In this document: piece after piece, positions 31,944 to 40,571 of the stretch | How the letters are laid out: every line of letters begins with the position of its first letter | Position numbering within the stretch: position 1 is the first letter of the stretch | Assembly (NCBI GenBank): GCA_963796285.1 | Contig: CAWCKW010000013.1 | Coordinates: forward strand, 512,001 to 576,000 | Origin: Nitrospirota bacterium | GTDB taxonomy: Bacteria; Nitrospirota; UBA9217 | Length of the DNA: 64,000 bases | Direction: 5' to 3' | The notes under the pieces: model-generated | Databases searched by the model: none | What the model was told of the DNA's origin: nothing | The model's input: the letters and a program-made list of their open reading frames with translations, nothing else | Program-made: the position numbers and the translations under genes

Positions 31944-32145
31944 TGGCATACTGGTATAATAACATCCGAATTAACATTCAACAAGCGCAGGACGAACCGA
32001 GCGAGAAGATTTGGCAATGATCGCATTCGTATCCATCGACTCGTGGTGAGCCTATCGAACCCCACAAAAATTCTTGTACCTCGGTTAGTAGAACCCGCTA
32101 TGGTTCAACTTCTCAAATCCACGTCCAACCGCTTCCCGCTCTACT

Positions 32146-32601
32146 TTATTGCAGAATACTGATCTCTGAAAGCACATCGCCCTTTACACCGACAATGATC
32201 TCCGTCATGGGGATCTTTCTCCCCGAGCGGTTGATCGCTTCCTTCAATACCGCTGTCATACCGCCGCAACAGGGCACTTCCATTCTGAGGCAGGTCACCT
32301 TCTTGATCGTTGTGGTGCCGAAGATCTCGGTGAACTTCGCCAGATATTGCGTGGCGTCATCGAGCTTGGGACAGCCGATCAGCACCTTCTTGCCGGGCAG
32401 GAACTTCTCGTGGAACCCCGGCGTGGCAAAAGCAGTGCAGTCCGCAGCCACGAGCAGATCGGCGTCCTGCAGAAACGGTGCTGACGTACCGATGAGCTTG
32501 ATCTGGATCGGCCACTGGGTCAGTCGGAAATCCTTGTCGTTCGCAGCGGGCGCGGTCTTCACGGAAGAACAGGATGGACAATCGAGAGTATGGTTATTCA
32601 T
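32146..32601 (-). CDS. Cys-rich putative Fe-S protein (WPIQ...ADC...CPKLD...EVPCC family)
   Basis: QWPIQIKL, AADCTAF, IGCPKLD, MEVPCCGG. AAGGAGG RBS. Confidence 0.75.
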   Translation of the reverse strand: MNNHTLDCPSCSSVKTAPAANDKDFRLTQWPIQIKLIGTSAPFLQDADLLVAADCTAFATPGFHEKFLPGKKVLIGCPKLDDATQYLAKFTEIFGTTTIKKVTCLRMEVPCCGGMTAVLKEAINRSGRKIPMTEIIVGVKGDVLSEISILQ

Positions 32602-32849
32602 GATACACCTCCTTTTAGGTTGCTTCATTGTACAGGTAATAGGTACCGCTTTCTATGATGCTCATCATACCCGAAAGTTGCTGAAGATTGCAGATTCTGA
32701 CTTTTTCACAAAACTTCATGAGCTCCTCAGATTTATAGTATCATTGTAATCAGAGACAGTGAGACCCCAAGGAGGTACAGAACTATGCAGACTCCGCAAG
32801 ATTTTTAAAATGGTGATGTTCCAGTGCATCGTTATTATCTATTCATCAA

Positions 32850-33314
32850 ATGGAGGTTGCTGATATGAGTACTCTCAAATTGTCTAGCCCGGCATTCGGC
32901 CATTCAGAACACATCCCTGCAAAATATACCTGCGACGGCCCGGATATAAACCCGCCCTTGATGATCGAGAACATCCCGCCGGAGGCAAAGTCGCTGGCGC
33001 TGATCGTCGAAGATCCGGACGCGCCGGCAGGCACATGGGTTCACTGGGTCGTGTGGAACATCAGCTCTGCATCCAGGGAGATCAAGGAGCATTCCCTGCC
33101 TTCAGGCGCGCAGGAGGGCATGACCGATTTCAGAAAACGCGGCTATGGAGGCCCCTGCCCGCCGTCAGGAACTCATCGGTATTTTTTCAAGTTATACGCT
33201 CTCAAAACCACGCTGTCCCTCAACGCGAACGCGACCAAGTCCACACTGGAGAGTGCCATGAAAGGCCTCATCCTTGCACAAACAGAGCTTATCGGATTAT
33301 ATAAAAAAAGATAA
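32850..33314 (+). CDS. YbhB/YbcL (PEBP/RKIP-like) protein
   Basis: YTCDG, DPDAPAGTWVHW, YGGPCPPSGTHRYFF. Confidence 0.92.
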   Translation: MEVADMSTLKLSSPAFGHSEHIPAKYTCDGPDINPPLMIENIPPEAKSLALIVEDPDAPAGTWVHWVVWNISSASREIKEHSLPSGAQEGMTDFRKRGYGGPCPPSGTHRYFFKLYALKTTLSLNANATKSTLESAMKGLILAQTELIGLYKKR

Positions 33315-33782
33315 GAATAACTCCAGCATACAACACACTTTTTTTTCAATTGAACTTGTCTCCTCGATCCGCCCTTATTCTGTCGCCACGCATTCGATCA
33401 TGACAAATAATATTGTTTTTCACATGCAAAACATGCCATGCCATCATTAATTTATTTACAATAATCATTACTTAGCTTATATTATTACAACAATTTGTGG
33501 GTTCTTTTTTTCTTTTGAAAGTATCGCACCAGAGAAGCTTGTTCATTGATTTCCGTCTACCTTCTAAAAGGAGGTGAAAAATATATCTATCAAATTTTTT
33601 CAGACGTTCCGAGGTGCAAATCAGACACTCATCTTGAGGATACATCCGCGCACCTCGCTCATGCACCAAAGAAATTCATAATTAAAAATCATCACGTACA
33701 CTCATCTGGACAACGCGGACAGGCTTATTTGTACAACGCAGTCGATCTCAATTAAAAAAAATTTTCAAAGGGGGGGATTACC

Positions 33783-34840
33783 ATGCAAGAACCAATACTC
33801 TATCAGGGAAAGAAGATTCAGCGGCATGCAGGACTAGTTCACGAAAAACCGAGAACGTACGTCGAGACACTTGATGCCAAGATCGAGACGTATATATCAA
33901 AGCTCAGGGACTTTGAAGCACGGTGTTCGATGCCGGACGCGGACAAGGAAGCGCTCCTGAATGAGATAACCATGCTGAACGACTCGATGCTTCATGCATG
34001 TGCACAATTTGAACAGGACGTGAATGATCCACTGGCCCTTAAACAAGCGCAGGTCTATTTCCGCGAAAAGACACATCCAATCCTGTCGAAAAGCTATTTC
34101 ATCAACCGTGCTAGAATTTGGCCGCAGGGGCATCAGGGTGATTATCATGACTTTGGAACTGGCATACAAGAATTCGCCGATGTCGGAAGGCATAGGATAT
34201 TATCTGGATAAATACCTTCTTTCCACGACAATTGGCGACGGTGTAAAAGAGCGGATCAGTAAAAATGCGTGACTTGTTGAAAGAGGAACTTGATCAGCAG
34301 AAGCAATCCGAAAGTCCTCGATGTGGCCTGCGGCTCCTGCCGGGAAGTTTTCGAACTGGCGCCGGAGATCAAGGCATCGGGAGCCAAATTCACCTGTGTT
34401 GATCTGGACCCTTCTGCCCTGGAGTTCGCCCTTGATCGTTTTGCCTATGCCGGGCTTACGGAAGAGCATACGGAATTGATCCAGTACAATGCACTCAGAA
34501 TGTTTGATGTTGAGACGGCTCAGACGGAATTCGGGATGCAGGACATCATTTACAGCATTGGATTTTTTGATTATCTCCCCGATGATTTCCTGTCGAAACT
34601 GCTGAACTCCCTATATCTGCTGCTCAATCCCGGCGGAAAACTTATTGCGTCCTTTAAGGATGCCGAATCGTTACCGGCCGCAGAGTTTTTCATTGGCTAG
34701 TTGATTGGGACGGGTTCCTGCAGCGCACCGAGAAAGATTTCTTGAAGAGTGTTCCAGGACGCCAACATCCCGAGCAGCGCACTATCAATGACCCGGGTCG
34801 ATTCCGGATCGATCGTCTTCTATTCGATACGAAGCAGTAG
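33783..34840 (+). CDS. Class I SAM methyltransferase, PhcB-like (split by about 4 indels)
   Basis: ORFs 33783-34211, 34024-34272 and 34290-34700 join to ...RARIWPQGHQGDY-MTLELAY...YLDKYLL..., KVLDVACGSCRE, CVDLDPSAL, IYSIGFFDYL, LNPGGKL, WLVDW...R. Confidence 0.75.
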
Positions 34841-35047
34841 CACCAACAGAACAGCGACATACTGAACCTGCCGGTAAAGGAGCAATTGTCATAACGAGAT
34901 GCTTGTGGCATCAGCGATGATTAATGAGGGAGAGAGCCTTTTCCATGTGGCGGACTGGCTTGGGTATAGTGCCTGACCAAAACCGGGAGGATGAACTTTT
35001 GCTTGAAGCAGCTTTATAAAAGTGCTATATAAGTATATAACACTAAG

Positions 35048-35893
35048 TTGCATAAAATGCCTATTCAAGCAGGGGTTATCACGCATAGTGTCGCAGCAGC
35101 CGTACAAATCGACAACACGCGTTCAAATTGGGAGAAGAGTCTGAAAAATAGTCCTCTTCTTCATAAAGTGGCGATCGTAACAGGCGGTACAAGAGGCATC
35201 GGCCGAGCCATTGTCCTTGCCATCTGCGGGGCAGGTGCTGATTGCGCATTCACTTATTCCAGCAATCGCGATGCAGCGGAGTCACTTTCTGAAGAGGTGC
35301 AACGTCTCGGCAGAAGGGCGTTGCCCATTCAGCTTGACGTAAGGGATTTTGAAGGCGCTAAAACGCTCGTCGATACGGTAAAAACGGCATTCGGTCAGCT
35401 CGATATCCTTGTTAACAATGCCGGAATTACGAAAGACAAGTCTCTCATGATGATGAGTCAGGAGGATTGGTCCGATGTGATCGATACAAATCTCACGGGG
35501 GTCTTCAATACCACCCGGGCGTGCATTATTACCTTTCTCAAACAGAAAAGTGGAAACATCGTCAACATTTCTTCCGTTAGCGGCATCCACCCGCTCCCCG
35601 GTCAGGTTAATTATGCTGCTGCAAAGGCAGGGGTAATCGGCTTTACCAAGTCGCTGGCTAAAGAGGTAGCGCCCTATAACATCAGGGTCAATGCAATTGC
35701 CCCCGGCTTTATCAGCACCGAGATGACCGCTGAGCTTAGCGAGAAGTCTAGAGATAAATTTATGAACATGATCCCTCTCAAGAGATTCGGCACTGCCGAT
35801 GAAGTCGCGCAGGTTGCACTTTTTTTACTCAGTGACGAGTCGCAGTATATAACTGGGCAGACAATGCAAATCGACGGGGGATTAGGAATATAG
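35048..35893 (+). CDS. fabG: 3-oxoacyl-ACP reductase (SDR)
   Basis: TGGTRGIG, NNAGIT, YAAAK, NAIAPGFI. True start may be further downstream. Confidence 0.9.
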   Translation: MHKMPIQAGVITHSVAAAVQIDNTRSNWEKSLKNSPLLHKVAIVTGGTRGIGRAIVLAICGAGADCAFTYSSNRDAAESLSEEVQRLGRRALPIQLDVRDFEGAKTLVDTVKTAFGQLDILVNNAGITKDKSLMMMSQEDWSDVIDTNLTGVFNTTRACIITFLKQKSGNIVNISSVSGIHPLPGQVNYAAAKAGVIGFTKSLAKEVAPYNIRVNAIAPGFISTEMTAELSEKSRDKFMNMIPLKRFGTADEVAQVALFLLSDESQYITGQTMQIDGGLGI

Positions 35894-35905
35894 AGCGCCC
35901 CTATC

Positions 35906-37147
35906 ATGAATAAAAAAATTGTCATAACTGGAATCGGCGTTCTCTCGCCTATCGCGATCGGCAGAGAGGCGTTCTGGGCGGGATTGTTCCAGGGAAAAAC
36001 GGGCTTTCGTCCTGTGACCCTTTTCGACACATCGCCTTTTCGCGTCAACATTGCCGGAGAGATCAGGGATTTTGACGCCCTTTCATTCCTCGGTAAAAAA
36101 GGACTGCGGGACCTTGACAGAAGTACACGGTTGATCTGCTCTGCTGCCAAACTCGCCATAGACGACAGCAGGATAGAGATCACGGAAGACACCACCCATT
36201 CGATGGGGGTCTCCATCGGTACAACATTCGGGAGCCTCCACAGCATTTCACAATTCGACCGATCAGGCCTCATTGACGGGCCTCGGTTTGTCAATCCCTC
36301 GCACTTTCCGAACACGGTCATCAATTCACCGGCCAGTCAGGTATCGATAAGATTCAAGATCAAAGGCTTCAACACAACAATATCCACCGGTTTTTGCGCC
36401 AGTCTCGATGCCGTCTCCTATGCAGCGGATTTTATCCGATTGAGCCGGGCCGATGTTGTGCTGGCAGGCGGAGTGGAAGAACTATGCGAAGAGACTTTTA
36501 TGGGTTTCCATAACCTCGGATGCTTATCCGGGACAGACGGCTCGGACCCAATCTGTTGCCCGTTCGACGCGCGAAGGAACGGTACGATCCTCTCAGAAGG
36601 AGCGGCAGTACTGGTCCTTGAAGAGGAGAAGCACGCGTTGAACAGAAATGCGGTGATTCTGGCGCGTGTTCTGGGATGCAGCAATGCTTTTGATCCTATG
36701 GCTGAGAGCAACTTTCATCATGCAGGTCGAGGATTGAAAAACGCCGTCACGCTTGCCTTGCAGGAAGCCGCTCTCAACCCCGAGGACATTGACTATGTCA
36801 GTTCCTGCGCCAATTCCTCAAAAGGGCTCGACCGGATGGAAACGAATGTCATCAAGGAAGTCTTTGGGACGCGGGCACTTTCCATGCCTGTCAGCTCGAT
36901 AAAATCCATGGTAGGAGAATCATTTTCCGCGTCAGGCGCCCTTTCCCTGGCTGCGGCAGTAGGAGCGCTCCAGAATGGATTCATCCCGCCAACGGTAAAT
37001 TATCACGAAAGAGATCTTGAGTGCGATCTCGATTATGTTCCCGGCAAGGCCCGGCAGAAGCGGATGCAGAATATACTCGTAACGTCGGCCGACCCCTATG
37101 GTCAAAACTCTGCGAGATCAGCGATTGGGCCGCTTATATCTAGGTGA
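35906..37147 (+). CDS. Beta-ketoacyl-ACP synthase homolog lacking the catalytic triad (chain-length-factor-like)
   Basis: FabF fold (VITGIG, PFDARRNG, SSIKS). Triad positions read STGFCAS, SCANSS and GESF. Confidence 0.85.
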   Translation: MNKKIVITGIGVLSPIAIGREAFWAGLFQGKTGFRPVTLFDTSPFRVNIAGEIRDFDALSFLGKKGLRDLDRSTRLICSAAKLAIDDSRIEITEDTTHSMGVSIGTTFGSLHSISQFDRSGLIDGPRFVNPSHFPNTVINSPASQVSIRFKIKGFNTTISTGFCASLDAVSYAADFIRLSRADVVLAGGVEELCEETFMGFHNLGCLSGTDGSDPICCPFDARRNGTILSEGAAVLVLEEEKHALNRNAVILARVLGCSNAFDPMAESNFHHAGRGLKNAVTLALQEAALNPEDIDYVSSCANSSKGLDRMETNVIKEVFGTRALSMPVSSIKSMVGESFSASGALSLAAAVGALQNGFIPPTVNYHERDLECDLDYVPGKARQKRMQNILVTSADPYGQNSARSAIGPLISR

Positions 37148-37151
37148 GACA

Positions 37152-37595
37152 ATGCAACTTGACTTTGAAGAGATAAAAAAGCTCATTCCCCAGCGGTTCC
37201 CCTTTATCATGATCGACCGGGTCCTGGAGATCGAACCAGGAAAACATGCAATTGCCGTGAAGAACATTTCTGGGAATGATATGGTCTTCCTCGGCCATTT
37301 TCCTGAAAAGGCCATCATGCCCGGCGCGCTTATTATCGAGGCAATGGCGCAGACCGCGATCATACTTTTTGCTGCAGGCGGAAACAACGAGGGTCAGCGA
37401 TAAAAAAAGCCGCTGTATTATTTCGGTTCGGTCAAGGCACGATTTCTTCATCCCGCTGTGCCGGGAGACCAGTTGAAAATCCGGGTTGAAAACGTCAAGA
37501 CCTTGCCCACCGGTGCTTTTGTTTCGGGCGAGGCGTTTGTTGATGATAAAAAAATAGCCGAGGCGGAGCTGGTATTCAGCGTAAAAAATGAATAA
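37152..37595 (+). CDS. fabZ: 3-hydroxyacyl-ACP dehydratase (one frameshift at the A7 run near 37401)
   Basis: PQRFPFIMIDRV, GHFP, MPGALIIEAMAQ. After the shift: YYFGSVKARFLHPAVPGDQL...VFSVKNE*. Confidence 0.85.
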
Positions 37596-38798
37596 GAGAG
37601 TCGTCATAACAGGGCTGGGCGTAATATCATCCATCGGGATCGGCTGGAAGGAATTCTGGGACAACTTGCTTAAGGGAAAGTCCGGCATCAGTCCTGTATA
37701 CAGCCTTTGATACTACAAACTATTTCACCCACAATGGTGGTGAGGTTAGGGGATTTCAACCTGAACAGTTTATCCCGGCAGGTCATCAGAAGTTCATGAA
37801 CCGCGCCACTCAAATGGCCGTGGCATCAGCTAAACTTGCGGTGGAAGATGCAGCCTTGACATCTGAATATCTTATCAAACCATACAGTTGGCGTTTCACA
37901 TGGCACGACACTGGGCGCAGCACAGGCTATCGAGAGTGTTGACACCCAACTTATCAACAAGCAAGACGTGGGAAAAGAACTATTTTATCAAATGCCGCCA
38001 CACACGGCGCCGGCAGCGATAGCTCGGGAATTTACATGTAGCGGCCCGCATTTCATGGTCTCAACGGCCTGCGCAGCCGGTAATTATGCGATCGCGTATG
38101 CGTATGATCAGATCAAGTTGAAACGAGCCGATATCATGATTGCCGGCGCGTCCGACGGCATATCGCGGATTGAATATACAGGCTTCAACCAGTTTTCAGC
38201 AGTAGCGCCGGAACGATGCCAGCCCTTTGACAAGAATAGAAAAGGAATGATGTTGGCTGAAGGGGCTGGCATGCTGGTGTTGGAATCATTGGAGAGTGCT
38301 GTAAAAAGAAAGGCCCCGATCTATGCTGAAATTGCGGGCTATGGTCTCAGTTGCGATGCACATCACATGACGAATGCCTCTGTAGGGGGAATTATAGAGT
38401 GCATGAGGAAAGCGATACGGGAAGCCGGTATTAGCTTAGAGGACGTGGACTACATCAGCGCTCATGGCACCGGAACCATTGCAAACGATCGTGCGGAATG
38501 CGCTGCTATTAAGGAAGTTTTCGGATCTTTGTATAAAAAAATACCGGTAAGTTCAATAAAATCCATGCTCGGCCATACAATGGGCGCAGCCTCGGCATTG
38601 GAGGCAATTGCGTGCGCCCTTGCTATAAAAAACGACATTATTCCTCCGACTATCAACTTTGAAACACCTGATCCGGAATGTGATATCGACTGTGTTCCAA
38701 ATCAAGCGAGAAAGCACAATGTGAGGATTGCCTTAAATAATTCATATGCATTCGGAGGCAATAATGCCTCTTTGGTTTTAAAAAAATATAATGAGTAA
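37588..38798 (+). CDS. fabF: Beta-ketoacyl-ACP synthase II-like with intact Cys-His-His (frameshifts in 5' part)
   Basis: [11 protein letters not shown] at 37588. [30 protein letters not shown]. Confidence 0.88.
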
Positions 38799-38814
38799 GG
38801 AGTCGTAACAGCAA

Positions 38815-39070
38815 ATGACTTAAATGTTTAAAAAGAGATAGTATCAATAATCGCAGATATTTCAGGGTTTGATGAGAATGAGATAACCCTTGAAACAAAT
38901 TTTCAGAAGGACTTGGAAGTGGATTCCATAAAAACGATTGAGATCACCGTGGCAATTGAAAAAAAATTTAAGATATCGGTAAGAGATGAAGATGTCCCCA
39001 AAATAACCACGGTTAAGCAAGCCGTAGAAGTTGGTAAATAAATCTGCTTAATCAAGGATACTGCAAATGA
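38815..39070 (+). CDS. Acyl carrier protein (ends blurred by indels; absent from ORF track)
   Basis: Manual translation KEIVSIIADISGFDENEITLETNFQKDLEVDSIKTIEITVAIEKKFKISVRDEDVPKITTVKQAVE. DS phosphopantetheine site at about 38922-38927. AAGGAG RBS upstream. Confidence 0.85.
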
Positions 39071-40484
39071 TACGGGCTGATCAGGCATCATATGATGCTG
39101 TGATAATAGGCGCGGGCATTGGCGGCCTCGTATGCGGGTGTTATCTTGCAAAGGCGGGCATGAAAGTGCTGATTGCGGAGCGGCATTTTAAGCCTGGTGG
39201 TTATTGCACATCGTTTAGACGAAAGGGTTTACGTTTGATGCCGCTGCTCATTCAATTGGTGGTTATAAGCATGGACATGTCGGGAAAGTTTTCAGAGTTT
39301 TAGACATTGAAAAGAAAATTAAAATTATTAAGATTGATCCTTCAGATATCATCATCACACCTGATTATGAAATCTCCTTTTGGTCAGATATAAAAAAAAC
39401 AATTGCTGAATTACAGACAAGTATTTCCTGAATGAAAGCGACAACATGCTAAATTTCTTTAATTTCTTAATAAACCCATCGCCTCATTATTTTGCTCGCA
39501 TAAGAAGATGGACTTTTAAAAGATTTATTAGATCAATATTTTATTAATGAAAAGTTAAAGACTGTTCTTTCTTTTCCGCTATTCGGGAATGGTGGGTTAC
39601 CGCCTTCATTAATGTCTGCCTTTATTGGGATTAAAATTTATCAGGAATTTCTTCTCGATGGTGGATATTATCCTGAGGGTGGCATGCAAAAATTATCAGA
39701 TGCATTGGCAGAGAGAATGATCGAGTTTGGTGGCGAAATAAGATTATCTTGTCCTGTTAATAAAATACGAGTTGCAAATGGGAAAATCTCAGGTGTCATT
39801 TTAGAAAAGGCTGGTTTCATACCTTCCAAATATGTAATATCTAATTGTGATGCACGACAAACCTTTTAAGCTTATTGGGCGTTAATATAGTCGGCCAAGA
39901 ATTTTTAAACAGTATTAGGATACATGATCCCGTCACTTTCAGGATTCATTTTATATTTAGGTATTGACAAAGATTTTAATAGAATTACCCCAACCTGGAG
40001 CTAACCTATGGTATCTGTCAAATTATGATTTAGATGATGCATATTCCTCGACAAAAGAAGGTTGTTTTAATAACATAGATGGATATGTTATGTCATATAT
40101 CTCCAGATAAAAGAACTATCTTTGCCTTTCATGCATGCGCCTTTTAAGAATGAGAAATATTGGAGATGCCACAAGAAAAGAATCAAGAATTTATTGATTA
40201 ATAAAATTGCTTCAGACGCAATTCCTGAATTAGAAAACACATATAGTCTATAAAGATGCTGCTACACCTCATACATTACACAAATATACCTTAAACTATC
40301 AAGGTGCTGCTTATGGATGGGCAAGCTTACCATCACAATTGGCAATATCGGACCTAAAAAAACCCTCTTTTATTCAGGGATTTTTATCTGACAGGACACT
40401 GGACAACACATGGGCTAGGAATATCCCGGCGTTATTTATATAGGGTCTGATACTGCAAACTCCATAATAAAAAAAGAAAAATAA
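39067..40484 (+). CDS. Phytoene desaturase (CrtI)-like FAD oxidoreductase, multiple indels
   Basis: DAVIIGAGIGGL, ERHFKPGGYCTSF, YYPEGGMQKLSDAL, ISNCDA, AATPHTL..YTLNYQGAAYGW, LTGHWT. Confidence 0.8.
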
Positions 40485-40486
40485 TG

Positions 40487-40495
40487 TGGTATAAT
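40487..40495 (+). promoter_or_regulatory. Extended -10 element upstream of the sensor kinase
   Basis: TGGTATAAT about 75 bp before the kinase start. Confidence 0.4.
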
Positions 40496-40571
40496 CTTAT
40501 AGTTAGGAATGACGAAAAGCGTAAACTATAGTGCATTCTACTTTAAAGCAACTTTATTTTAACGCATATTA

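Noticed and set aside
33455-33475. Fur-box-like AATAATCATTAC
   Set aside because: Only a partial match in very AT-rich DNA, so chance is likely
35048-40484. Housekeeping FAS, carotenoid or ladderane cluster
   Set aside because: No fabD/fabH/plsX, no crtB/crtE and no radical SAM gene, and one KS is catalytically degenerate
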